From contig CM082591.2 of NCBI GenBank assembly GCA_040954595.2, positions 6,996,047-7,060,046 on the forward strand: a stretch of DNA of 64,000 nucleotides. Direction: 5' to 3'. The position numbers and the translations under genes are program-made. Of the stretch, positions 38,701-51,800 are shown in pieces. This DNA comes from Balanoglossus misakiensis (Eukaryota > Animalia > Hemichordata). The stretch's first letter is position 1; the number at the start of each line of letters is the position of its first letter. Below the pieces are notes generated by a model. That model made no database searches. It was not told where the DNA came from and worked only from the letters and a program-made list of their open reading frames with translations.

Positions 38701-40515
38701 TTTGTAGCTCTTCGATATAAAAATGTATAACAAGAAATGCGTGATTAAAATATGTTGTCATGGACGTGACCTCACAAGCAATCTGAAAAAGTTCTGACGC
38801 AAAAGCATCATATTCAGCAGACCATTTTCACAATTGTACGACTACACAGTATATTTTTAGCGTAGATTAATAACCACTTTTGTTTTGAACGATGTTCATT
38901 TTGTTAATATATAGCAGACAACATGAGGTTGTGGAATTTGGCATAGAAAATTCAAGTGGCGTTATTTCGTTTTCATCCTGTCCGCCAGCCAGCCATATTT
39001 CACTCTTTGTCGTTTAGGGAAATCACTGCCCTACATTATGTTCTCTTTAGACAACCCTAGTGCAATTCTCCCAACCTTAAATAGGGTTTAAGCTACCTAG
39101 GTGAGTAATAAAAATCTCACATGGTCGACACAATTTCAAGATGGCCGATTTTTGCCACGTTTAAGAAATAGGAGTTCATAAGCTAAAGTAATGATGGATC
39201 ATTCTGAAACTTTGTAACAGAAAAAATAACAAATGTGAAAAAAGTTTAATGAGTTTTATATGCTAACTACAAAGACAGACATGTTTGAACAAGGGAAGTC
39301 ATGAAATACAGTAAACATATGATTTCTTCTCTCTCTTACTATACTACAGTGAGTTGTCGAATTTTTACCCAGAATGCAATTATTATAATGTGATTTGACC
39401 CCCTAGCACAAAGTGAAAACAGAATTAGCCTACCTTAATTCTGCAAGCGAAGCTACATTTCTTTGATTTCCGATAAGAACCTCAGGGGCTGCAGAAATGT
39501 TGAGGAATTCATTTTGAAGTTTGTCGGTGCTGTTTACGCTGGAAATAAATTAGAAGCCAACTGTTATGAATTGTCGTCACAAATTTGTAGCTCTTCGATA
39601 TAAAAATGTATACCAAGAAATACGTGATTAAAATATGTTGTCATGGACGTGACCTCACAAGCAATCTGAAAAAGTTCTGACGCAAAAGCATCATATTCAA
39701 CAGACCATTTTCACAATCGTATGACTACACAGTATATTTTTAGCGTAGATTAATAACCACTTTTGTTTTGAACGATGGTCATTTTGTTAATAGTAGGCAA
39801 CATGAGGTTGTGGAATTTGGCATAGAGAATTCAAGTGGCGTTATTTCGTTTTCATTCTGTCAGCCAGCCAGCCATATAATTTCACTCTTTGTCGTCTAGG
39901 AAAATCACTGCCCTACATTAGGTTCTCTTTGGACAACCAGAGTACAATTCTCCCAACAATTTCAAGATGGCCAATTTTTGCCACGTTTAAGATATGGGAG
40001 TTCATGAGCTTAAGTGATGATGGGTCATTCTGATACTTTGTAACAAAAAATATTTTGAAAAAAAGTTTATTGTCTTTAATATGTCAACTACAAAGGCAGA
40101 AACGTTTGACCAAAGGAAGTCATTAAATACAGTAAACATATAGTTTCTTCTATCTCTTACTACAGTGATGAGTTGTCGACTTTTTACCCAGAACGCAAAT
40201 ATTATAATGTGATTTGACCCCCTAGCACAAAGTGATAACCATTTTAAGGCAGCCAGAATTGTAGTGTGGGGCGACAGCATAAAGAAAGATGCAGATAATG
40301 GTCACAGGAAACATTGACTTAAATACTTACAAGTGCTTGAAGTTGAAGTTGTGTAATTCCAAAACTCGTTTTCCGGGTGGGGAGAACTGTCCCTGAACTT
40401 CGAAGTATACTATGATAGAACAGGCACCCAGAGTTACCATGCACAGAAAGCACAATTTCATCGACAGTGGTGACAGTCGGCCACACACACAGTTGAAACG
40501 CTCGGGTGATTCCAT
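35534..40515 (-). CDS. ST8SIA: Alpha-2,8-sialyltransferase-like protein (GT29, ST8Sia family). Exons 40515-40331, 39538-39434 and/or 38655-38551, 36633-36043, 35780-35534; ~375 aa with one stem exon, ~410 aa with two
   Basis: Type II TM N-terminus (KLCFLCMVTLGACSIIVYF). Sialylmotif L [30 protein letters not shown]...DAGSKT, motif S SEGFVMFTLATLFCNTLDLYGFWP, motif III HHYFD, ST8-type C-terminus GVIRLITDKC. All junctions are GT-AG and phase 2. The symbol is family-level only. Confidence 0.9.
35884..36036 (+). repeat. (ACAG)n-type microsatellite in an ST8Sia intron
   Basis: Degenerate ACAG tandem run. Confidence 0.9.
36043..36633 (-). CDS. ST8SIA: ST8Sia-like catalytic exon (sialylmotif L)
   Basis: ttttcag|GAATGTCACC...ATAAACAG|gtaaat, 591 nt, matches ORF 36039..36617. 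Confidence 0.92.
36824..37210. mobile_element. MITE with TAGTCT...AGACTA termini and 9-bp TSD CAGTACATG (MULE-like or unclassified)
   Basis: ~70-bp TIRs TAGTCTGGTCCCCTGCCCCATTCCCACCGCTGGCTGCGCTACGC. A solo end of the same family lies at ~43950-44056. Confidence 0.88.
37220..37646. mobile_element. Second MITE with long TIRs (~110 bp) and 9-bp TSD CAGTACATG
   Basis: TAGTCTCGGTTACCCAGA... / ...TCTGGGTAACCGAGACTA. Confidence 0.9.
37712..40235. repeat. Tandem triplication (units of ~833 and ~883 bp) containing the ST8Sia stem exon plus intronic repeat DNA
   Basis: CTACATTTCTTTGATTTCCGATAAGAACCTCAG recurs near 37737, 38570 and 39453. The intronic part is also similar to 63560-63900. Confidence 0.92.
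40331..40515 (-). CDS. ST8SIA: ST8Sia-like first exon (cytoplasmic tail + TM)
   Basis: MESPERFN...FKH TT|gtaagt, with a hydrophobic TM segment. Confidence 0.8.
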
Positions 40516-42917
40516 GATATACAAGCCTACACAGAGAGATCACGACGTTGAGTTTTGACAAACAAGACACGGTTCGCTTGGTCAGGTCCGCCACACTGTT
40601 ACATTTCCACTTCCTGAAGAAATACCAAACAAAGTTCTCGAAAGTACTCAATGGTTTTGTAGCGAAGGACACTATGGCATACACCTCTGTGACACCGATC
40701 ATGTACAACTATATGGTACAAAACGTTGGTAATCACAGGCTTTTGCTAAGAGGAGAGCCTTCAGACATGTTTTGTCTGGCTGCGCCCACTTGAAGTGCAG
40801 TGTAAATTTAGAGATTCGTCATTTCATCTCATTAATTGGCATTCGTGTTAATTGCCACGTTTGAGGACCAACAACGTTTTGCGTAGTTTAAGGGCTAACG
40901 AAAGGTAGCGCACCATACAAACAGTACGCAGCTATCGTGGTATGCGCCGCAAAGAGATGACAAACTAGTGCAAATACAAGTAATATGGCTTAATGGTGAG
41001 GATAGGGAATATTTGAAGTATTTTACTCTAGAGGCATTAAAGTGCCAAAGGCTATTAAGAAACAAAAATGATGGATGATCGAAAGGTATTAGCCGTGCCG
41101 GCATGCTGAAAACATCTTGGTTAAATTTTGCTCAAGTTGTTGAAGCTGAGCTTATATTTTTATTACACTGTGCCTCTCCCATGTAATTTAATTTTCAAAA
41201 CAATTTTTTTGTTAAGTCTGTAAATGGCGGTCAGAAACTTAATTTCTATAAAAAGATTAACATTCGTCGAAAAAAATGACCTTTTGTAATTGGACGGCGT
41301 ATGAATACATTTTAATCACAATTACGCGTTAAAAATAGATGCAGACGATCAGTGTTGCTATAAACATGACAAATAAATCATTGGACGTTTGCGCGCTCTA
41401 ATTAATTAGTTCTAGCCCGGGTCTGTCATGTCTGTTCGCATTCCAGGGCAGTCACAATACGGGGTCAAATTGCACCAGACATTTTATTAAACCCTCCTCT
41501 AACCCCGATAAAATGAATTTTCCACATATCATCTCGCTTATCATACCTCCGTGCACATATTAAACCCTATTTTTGGACAGACCTTTAGAAATGATATGAC
41601 TTGGCACCCATGTAGAATGGGCGTTCCAGTATTCAGCAGGAAGTCAAATGAGGTAAAAGCCCTTAACAACTTACCCGTGAACTTAAATGACATTATACAC
41701 GAAATATAGAAATCATGAACTCACAAATACATGTACGTGTGTATCCAATGATGTTTTTTTTCATACGAAGCCTCTATTAATATTGCAAAACAGTCGCTTC
41801 GAGGTGCATAGGACTGTTGCTATAGGCAGTTAACGTTTACGGTCTATCGCGCGCCCGGAGTCTTTGGTAAAATGCTCATGTCTGCCTAAGTAAAGTTCGT
41901 TTCAAAAACTGCCCAAAGAACCCTAGACTTGAACAAGAACATCAGTCGTCCGCCTCCGTCACCGCTTAGCCTTACGTCACTCACCTTCGCGTCAAAATCG
42001 GCTAATCCGTCGCCAGTAGTAACTCGGGCGGTGGCTCTTTCTATACGACAACCAAAGATGTCGGTTTAGCTGCAGTCGTTCTTTGTTCAAAATGTGCTAA
42101 GTGTCGACACGGTTGCGGGGTAGCTATCCAGCAGCATACCTCCAGCAGCTGCAGACAGCCCCATAATCCTCAATTCTGAGACGAAAGCGATGTGCGTTCA
42201 TTTGTATTGGTGCACGTGGATTGTATTATTTAAAGGCATCTTGTGATATTATTTTCACAATTTTGGGGGGTTTAGGCCATTAGGGTTAGAGTTTGTAGGG
42301 TTAGGGTAAGAGTTGGGTTTTATTGTGCTCGGTCTTACAGGGTCCACGGTCATATTGACTTTGTGCTAATGCATGTTTTTCGACCTGGTCTGTCTCAGGT
42401 TGGAAATAATGTCTGAGCCTGGCGGTAGGCTGCTGGACCCTGCTCGACCTTTGTGTGAGACAGTCCAAGTCCGATTAGGAAACGCTTCCGAATACCTATG
42501 AACCCCCTGGCTTTGCCATCATGACGTTTGGGGCTGAGCGATAAGGGCATGACGGGTTCCATGACGCGGGCGCGTTGATTGGCTAACAAATCCAAGCATG
42601 CAAACTTTTCATCTGTACGAACTGATGACCGAAACCTAAGCTTCAAATCTTTGTCCACAACTGAAATTAAAATGCTCTCTCTCCGCGGCGTTGTATCAGT
42701 GACCGTTTTTGCTCGTTTCAAGTTACTCTTGGTTAGAATTCTGTCGGTGAATTACCAGTGACACTATAACAAATGAGACATGAGACTTTTGTTCAGAGTC
42801 TATGTACTGTGTCATGTGTGTGGAGTGATGAACGCGTAAGTCATGGGGTCGCGAAGTTATAATCGGAACTCGATCAGTATCCATTGTGAAGTCATTCACG
42901 CTGGACCTGACGGACGT

Positions 42918-43266
42918 TAGTCTCGGTTACCCAGACGCCTCTGCTCTTCCGATGCTCTCCAGAAAAGGGTCTGGGGAAATACTATTGAAGACTTTGTAAA
43001 ACAAAATGGCCGATGTCAGGATTTTGATCATCGCCTGATTGGCTGAGCTGTCAGTATGACCCGGGTCACTGACTCTCGACAATGTGTGATTTTTTGTCGT
43101 ATCTTCATATCAAGAGACCGGGACTTGTTGGTTGATGCGAAAGGCAAAAGGCGTCCTCAAAATCCTGACATCGGCCATTTTGTCTTACAAAGCTTTCAAT
43201 AGTATTTCCCCAGACCCTTTTCTGGAGAGCATCGGAAGAGCAAAGGCGTCTGGGTAACCGAGACTA
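42918..43266. mobile_element. MITE with ~110-bp TIRs and 9-bp TSD GACGGACGT
   Basis: gacggacgt|TAGTCTCGGTTACCCAGACGCC...GGCGTCTGGGTAACCGAGACTA|gacggacgt. Confidence 0.92.
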
Positions 43267-45152
43267 GACGGACGTGAGTGGTTTTCTATAACCACTTGGC
43301 GGTTAGCCAGGTCTGCAACACTTCTGTCTGCCACCAACTTTCAGAAAGTTCTTTCGATTGCCGAAAAGCCGATGCATTTTGCATTTATGGATTAACATTC
43401 AGTACTTCTAAACCGTATCAAAACGGTCATGAAGCTTAAGAAGTCTACAAAGTCGTCTGGAACGCATATGCAGGTGTAAACTCGTCGCTGTGCCTGTCGA
43501 TAAGAATGGAACTTTCATCATACTGCGTACGAGGCGCCGCCTGTGTGATCAGCGTCGCGTCCACAGGATGTTCTATGCGAAACGCGGACGCGCGCGCATT
43601 TCAGTATCACACAGTCTTGGAAGTTGGAGCAAGACTAAAATGCAGGTGTAGAAACTCATTTTCCGTACAGAGATTGTAGCGCGTGGATAATTCTATTCTA
43701 GCTAGGGGGTCTTTATTTGGAAATATGAATAGTAAAATTGATGATTTGATCTGATTAATGTGTGACTGTCGGCGTCGATCGTCGCGAAGAAAAAATAATG
43801 TTTTGCTCGCGCTCGGCTGTGTGAGTTCGAGCGCGTCTATATCTCACGTGCAATAGAATGTAAACAAATGACATCGTGCATATCAATCCGCAAGAACTGG
43901 AGGAATGCGCCTCTATGCATTATAAGTGAAGTAGAGGTAGTGCTCGTATTTATTGACCAATGAGAGCCATGTTTACAATAGGCCGTGTCTGACCCTTTCC
44001 CTTTACCGTAGCGCAGCCAGCGGTGGGATTGGGGCAGGGGACCGGGACCAGACTAGGGTACTGAAGTATGCAAAACTCGTGACAAGACCATCTGGTGTAA
44101 ATAATTGAACGTCGTCTGCACTGAACGGAACTGTCAGATGCCCGTTCCACCTTTATTGCCACACTAAAAATGTCAGTACCTCCTTGTGATTTTAATTGCG
44201 TGCCAAAGTCACTGCGTTGTCTTTAAAATGGGGAGTCCCGTGACCGTGGGTTTTTCTATAGAGGAAACACTTTCCTTGAAATCATTTTCAGTAGTCCGGT
44301 TGATCCATTCACGATAAACGTAAACAACATGAACCAACCTATAGCGAATCTTTCCAAAGAGTTGAAATGATTTGAAATTATGGACATCGGGATAACCTGT
44401 ACATGTACACGGTTTCTCCCGGTTACCTGTATAATCTGACGATATACGTGTAATTCGCCACCATTCCCTAGAGAATGAATTTCCAGTTCCCCTCGCCAAT
44501 ATTCTTGATAGAATAGGTAGGTTTAAGAAAACAATGTGGTACAGTGTATTTAAGGAAAGTTTTCATTAGGTGTCGCATTTTGGCTTCTTTCTATGCATTG
44601 GAATTTTGGGGGGCAGGTTAAAACAGACCGAGCCTGGTCTGCTTTTGACGAACAAGATCGACGTCCATAACAGTTCTGGCTTTCTCAGGTTACGTCATCC
44701 CTCTACAATTTGATGTCCGTAACAGCGAGACAACTATGCGCGTGCCGAATATATTGCCAACAATCTATTTGTCGATTTACAAATAACGAACACTTGTACT
44801 GTTTGACAAACCTGTTTCACACATTTCCAAATGTACCAATTATTATATTTCGACACAAAGGAGCGCTGAAAAATCTCATGAAAATTCCGCGGTCGTCGGT
44901 CGTTCCACGCTCCCATGTGGCAGCCGGACGCCAAATAAAATTTGAATTCAGTTTCAGGGTTATCGGACTCAGAATGTGTACGTGCAAAGCGTGTTCTTTT
45001 CGCGGAGAACCAACAGGTATATAGAATCCTTAATCAAGAAACGTGATTATTAATTCCGGTTTTAAGTTGTTCTATACATGTCATAGCCAGGTGCATTGTC
45101 CATCTAGTTATAAATCTTTCAAATACAATGCTATCGGTGTACTCAAGATGTC

Positions 45153-45294
45153 TATATAAGAACTGGCGATTCCTTCGCTTGTCGTGGCAGTGGCGAAAGT
45201 GAATGAAAGATTCAGACTCGTGCTTTGCGGCATTCACTCAGCGCCTTACGGTACATGTACCTCCATTCACCGTTGACTTCTCCACGTACAAAAG
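45153..45294 (+). promoter_or_regulatory. Possible TATA box and non-coding first exon of gene 3
   Basis: TATATAAG at 45153, donor AAAG|gtaaga at 45294, acceptor tttctttttaag at 45803 shortly before the ATG at 45836. No transcript evidence. Confidence 0.4.
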
Positions 45295-45835
45295 GTAAGA
45301 TTTTGCATCCCCATTGTCGTTAGAAGTGTGTGCGCTTGGTTTTTTAAATTAGTACGCGCTTCGAGAATTAAAATAAACTCTTTTTTATATTTTGCTCAAG
45401 ACAACTTTAGATTATATTTTCTAAAAAAAAATAGGGGTCACCGTGCAGACCAAACATTTCTCAAACTTACAATTCAAAATTGTAACGCTACAGAGAAACA
45501 TTAAGGCCTTGGAACGCAATAAACGATTGATTGATTGAGAAACATTAAAAGTATTTATAGGGGCCTACGTATTAGCTATGTATGTGTTCTATTGCGTAAT
45601 AAATTGAACTCAAATGAATATTACCGATTAGATTTTGCTCGACTTGGTTTTTTGTAGCTTTAGGTTTTTTTTTATCCGGACCCAAACGGCTGGCCTTCAC
45701 TTACCCTAATTGTCGAGATTGTGTAAGTTATCTTATACATGCATTGACTTGAGATAATTTCTGTTAGTCTGAATAGATTTCTGATAAACACTTTCTTTTT
45801 AAGTTTGAAGACTGTTGAACGGCGACGATGCAGAT

Positions 45836-48800
45836 ATGGCATTGACGCAGACATTTATCATAGCATACCTGGCGTTTGCTGCTCTGGTTTACCACAGTTC
45901 AGGTAAGAATACCATGTTTACAATTATATTATAGCTTTATCAATACCAGTGAATTTTGTGACGTCATAGCTATACATTATTACTGATAATGTATCGTGTT
46001 ATTCGATGGACGCGCGACGCGCCCAAGAACCAGTGGACGTGTACAATTTCCGACTGAATAACGGAGGATTTCAAACAATGCGAACATTTTAAGGGCTAAA
46101 AAAGAAATGCAAACGTACACAGAATAAATACGGCGATATTTATTAATTTCCAAATCTGTCCTCGACTGGCGTTTTGTTTATTTTTTCTTCCTACGGCTGC
46201 AGTACATGTCGTCTGCTCTTGAATCACGCGCAGTCAACATGGCTCGCTCACGCACGTAAAGCAAACCTCTCCATGATGCTGGATTTGACATTCGTTCACC
46301 ATACATACCGTGTACCATGTACCAAGCAGTCATGTCAACGAAGCTATACGTAAAAAAAAATATGCCGCAAGTGTCACTTGTCATGTTGTCTACGCGGTAC
46401 GGAGGGTCGATCGAGGGCGAGTTTGTTTATGTATTGCAACCTTCCGAGTGCCCGTATACGTGAACTATCCTGAGAACGCAAACGAATTCAAATATTCCCC
46501 GAGTCCTCCCCAAGATTACACAAAAATCGAAACTTTTTCAGATATATTTCAGCAGAACCCTTAAATGAATTTTCACATGCGTAAATAAACCTTCATTATT
46601 TATTTGCTGATGTTTGAATATGATACTAGAAATGTACAGTACACTGACACACCACGATCAGGTGACCTTTTGTTTACGCGTACGCCATTGCTCTGTTCTC
46701 GATCTCCGTGTCCGAGTCTGAATTGTTCGCACCTATACTTTTTGAAGTCTGCAAATTCACTGGCATTGACAAAACTATAAAATAATGAGAATAATGAACG
46801 CCCCAAAGACCCATAATGGACTCAAGCACACATTGTGCTCCATGATATACTCGGCTTCGCCTCGTATATTATGACGCACAATGTGTGCTTTCGTCCATTA
46901 TGGGTCTCTGGGGCGTTCATTATTCTCTAACTATAGTTGGGTGTGCCACGGTTACTAGAAGAAGACGGTTAGGAAACTATTTTTTCTCCATTGTTAGATG
47001 CTCGCCTCGGTAAACACTTAGTGTAAACGAAAGATATCAGGTGCTAACGAGCCTGGCCATACGAATAAACAGACAGAATAACTGACCGCTCGGTCAAAAT
47101 GACGTCATTACCCCTACAATCCAAAGCAAACCATACTCATGTTTACGGAATTGCTTGCACGCACAGTACGTATACCACCAGATTTGAGGAAAACAGAACA
47201 GAGAGTGGATAATTTATAAAGTCACAGCACATTTATGACAATTTTGAACTTTCAAGGACATGATGAAGCCATACATTCTTTGTCTTGACTGTGCCCTAGA
47301 GATTCGATGCGAACCAAAACAAGCAAGATGGCCGCCAAAGGCTATATCGATAATGTTAACGACTGTATCGAAATGGGTATGCAATCTCAACGAAATATTC
47401 CAATTGGAATAAACGAAATAGCCCATGCAATACAAAAAGGTGTAAACTATCTAAATATATTTAAAAAAAACAGAAATGCGACCATCAGGGTTGAATTCTA
47501 GGGGTTCAAAATTCGACGCTATTTGAATCTGGATTTTAAGTTAACCACCCAAGAAACAATGGTAGAGTGTCGCAAGCCCAACAGACTATGACCGTGCACT
47601 CCATAAGCCTATATGGAACTCGTACAAAAAAAAGTGGCGCTGTACTCTGACGAAAAAGGGCAGATGAAGGGGTTCAAAAATTAGCTACGTTCCCCAATAC
47701 AACCCCACATAGCGGTTTGGACATGTACTCTCCTAGCTAACACCTCGTTCACACCTTCCGAACAATAGAGTTTCCTAACCATCTTCTTCTAGTAACCATG
47801 GGTGTGCCTCCCTTTATCTCTTACTACACTAAAGAAATAAGGTACGTGGGTAAGTGGGAGGGAGGGACGGACGGAGGGGTGTATTCAGCTGTTGGAGGTA
47901 TGTAACTCATTTCTTTTCTTTTCTTTTCCAATTTACCACCGCAGCGTGTGAGTGCCAACATGGAGGTCGATGCATCACCAGTTTTGAAAACGACGCGACA
48001 TGTAACTGTTCATCGACCGGCTACACCGGTGCCTTCTGCGAACAGGGTGTGGTGACCATGTCAGACCTTCCCTTGTTGGTAGAAGGGGGAACATACGTCC
48101 TCACAATACATGCCAAACCAGAAAGAGATCTGATCGTCATTCCTGTGAGTGAAGACTTCACCTTCAGTCCCTACGGCGTTGCTTTTACCGGGTCGATGAC
48201 TTCTGTAGATATACACATAACACCGCGAACATCAGGTAGCTTGTCCATCCGCCTACAACTGTATGGAACCAACGCTGCCGAATACACCCAGGACAACCAA
48301 ATATCTGTTCCCGTTTTGGCGCCATTTGACGTATCTACCAGAATCTCCTCAGCACCAATTATCAACTACAAAGATTTTGAATTTTGGAATGGAGATCACC
48401 TGTTCAAGTATAAGCCCCCTTCAGCGCCAAATGTCGTCACAAGGGAGTACGTGTCACGTGATGGCTATGAAGGTTCTTCGCCCAACGGCATTCTTGAGTT
48501 CTCCTATGCCGGACACATTCAGCTGATGTCATTTTCAGAAGACCCAGAACAGGTAACTGGATAGATTTCTTGAGTTCCTATGTTGACAGAGTAAAATGTC
48601 AACATGTATTTAAAGATCAACGATCGTCTTATGCGCATGTGCGTAATTTTGTGTGTACAAATATTACGGCTAATCAAATTGTTCTTCAAATTTTGCGTTC
48701 GACAAATTCATATAGTGAACTGCCTTCGCTTCCTTTCATATTTCATGTGGATCGTGTAAGTAGACTTGAGTTTCGTCCCTTCTTTTCACCCAATTTGGTG

Positions 48801-51800
48801 TATTTTCCCGATCTCCGACACAGACTATGGTCGCCGCCATCTTGTCTGTTGCTAGGACAGCACACTGCCTAATGGTATTCAATTCAACTTTTGCCAGCGA
48901 CTCCCTCCCCAACCCACATAACTACTTCTAAAGTAACACTTATATTTTCCTTCATCTTAAAGGGGTTTTCAGAGATACTGTCCCGCCGTTTTGATGCGTT
49001 CATAATGTTTGACACCCACTTTGAAATGCAAGTACGGTTTAATGTGAAGGGTCGGAGCCTCTCGATTCCATTCATGGTCGATTCAGGTGCCTACGGTGTG
49101 GAAACAGCGGGGTATTTATCTGTTGGAGGTATGTTAACACCACCCTGTGTTTACTATTGCTATATTTAAGTCTTTGTACCTTGCCCACTGGTATACAACA
49201 ACAAAATCCCTATCCTTCAAGGGGTCGTGATGTACATGTTGTGTATTGGAACAAATTTCCATACTTTCTGGTCTTTCCTTGCCTCTTCATGGTCTTGTAC
49301 CACCCCCACAAACTACAACAGCAACGACTACACAACCACTACTACCACCACTGCCATCACCACCACCACCACCACCAACAACAACAAAATCACTACTACC
49401 CCATACCCAATAGTAACAACTACTACAAAACCACAACTACCACCACCAACAACAACGACAACAACAACAACAACAAAACCACTACCAACAACAACAAAAC
49501 CACCCTACCACCACCACCAAAACAACAAAACCACTACCACCAACAACAACTACTACAAAACCAACATTACCACCTCCACCACCACCACCACCAATAACAA
49601 CCACAAAACCACTACCACTACCACCAATAACAACAATGACAACAACCACCAATAACAACAACAAAACCACCACTACCACCACCACTAATACTAACCCTAC
49701 CCTCCGCCAGGTTCCGATAGACAATGGTGTGGAACGTATGCCGACCCACCCGGATTTTTCGCAAGAGTCAAACTCTCGAAAGAAGGATTTCTCAGCGAGT
49801 TTTTGGACATGGGTACAAGTATTTCAGCGTACATGTTCCTAAACTTCGAAATTCAGCACAACCTACGTCCACCTGACGGCATACGAGACAAGCTCATACC
49901 ATTGAAGAACCAAATCGTCGAGCTGAAATCTATACTTGACGATTCCTGCACCTTTCTAATCGAGGGCTCAACCAAGACCACAGAGGAAGTGATTGTAGTA
50001 CTTAGCCAAGTAACAACACTAGTAGACGATCTTAACAACCTCCTCCATATAATTCACACCACAAATGCTACTCGGGATTACAGGGAATTGGCCAAAGCCT
50101 TGGCTAGCCTGGTTAAGTCTCTCAGAGATATTCTAGAAAAGTGGAACGACCTCAAGGCCACATTGTCCGAATTGGAACTGGAATTCGAAGATACTGTTAA
50201 CGATATCAATGTCAGGTTAGACACCATCCAAAGCGGCGTGAGCGACCTTGTCGATGGCTTCGCAATTGATGTTCAGAAGACCATCAACAATTTCGAAGGT
50301 TTTGGTCTGAGATTTGAGACGAAGTTTCCTGTTAGCCTTCTGACAAGCAATGAAGTAAGATTTGAGTTGGTTTACTCGTCCAGGGTAGGACAGTGTAGCA
50401 GCTTCGGTCATGTCTATGATGGTTTCAAAGGTAAAACAGCTTTAAGAGGATATGTGATATTCCCAACTAAAACACAGCTGGGGAAGTGGGGAACAATCGA
50501 TGCTGTCGCAGCGGAGGTGGCATATGCTCTAGATGATGGCTACTACCTGTACCGCTTGGGTGCAGAAATGACAATCGTTGGCATCGTGGAAGTCGATGTA
50601 AATTTGTTTGTAACAACGCAGCTGATCTTCTTTCGAGCAGATGGTAATATCTGGAACGTTGCCTACGCAACGATATACGCTGAAGTCAAGTTGCCGTCGG
50701 ACAGACTGAACTGGACAGTTGGAGGGGAGCTGGGTGTCAAACCAGGAATGCCTTCTCTAGGAGCCAAATTGGTAGACGCCATAGCAAGTGCTGCGATAGA
50801 GTTTGGACGCAGTGCGATAGAAAGACTGGAGAATGCACAAGACAAAGTCAGGGAGATCCAGGGAGAGTTGGACGCAGCGCAGCAGTGGCTGCAAAGGAAG
50901 AAATCAGACGTTGACAAAGCAAATGGAGAATTTGATCGAGCCATCCGCAATCTTGAAGATGCTAAAGGACAAGTCAGGAGCAAGCAAGACGCAGCTAACA
51001 GAGCCAGGGATTGGTTGAGGCAAAAGCAGCGAGATGTGGACGACCTCTGCACAATACATTATTGCAGCAAGATATGTATTCCTGGTGTTAAATGCACTAT
51101 TTGTTACCGGAAGGTTGGTTGGGTCAATGTTCCGTATCCATGTTGTTCCTTCACCTCTTGTATGACAACAGTCACCGACCCTGTCTGCATTGCGGCTAAT
51201 GCCTTGTGCAGAACGGTGAGGGGCGTGGCATTCGCTGCCCTTTGGTTGGCCGATAAGGCCCTGTATGTCGCAATAAGGGCCCTCGACGTTGTGGTTGCGC
51301 TGCTTGATGCTGCTCAATGTGTTGTCGACAAAGCCAGAGTTGTCCTCGATGTTGCTAAATTCGCTCTAGACTTGGCTTCGGCTGGTCTAAAAGTCGCTGA
51401 AAGGGCCCTCGATGGTGTCATTATCTTGCTCGAAGGCGTCAAGGCTGCGGTGGCGTCAGGGATAGAGGTGTTCAATTTTCTACAAACGTTCGATATGGGT
51501 TCAGTTGCGAGTATTGGCCGTGCAGCTTTTGAAGTTGAGATATCCGGAGATGATGTCTTTGTGTTCGACGTTGAGCTCGAAGCCAATATCTTCCTCTTGG
51601 GAACCACGAAGTTATTCGTAACCATTGACTTCAAAGATTTTGCAGGAAGCCTTCTGTCGACCGCCAAAGCAATAGTGAAGCAAATGGCAGCTGCGTTGTT
51701 ACCTTTCCGTCGCAAACGTTCCATACCGGATACAATATCAGATGTTTTGGAGGAATTTAATATTACAAGCGATGCCTATACTGCAACTATTCGCATTCAC

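Noticed and set aside
42270-42320. TTAGGG telomere-like motifs
   Set aside because: Only 2-3 degenerate units; not a telomeric array
49157-49724. Mucin-like poly-Thr/His/Val ORFs
   Set aside because: They lie in an intron whose flanking exons join in frame without them; by-product of a trinucleotide tract
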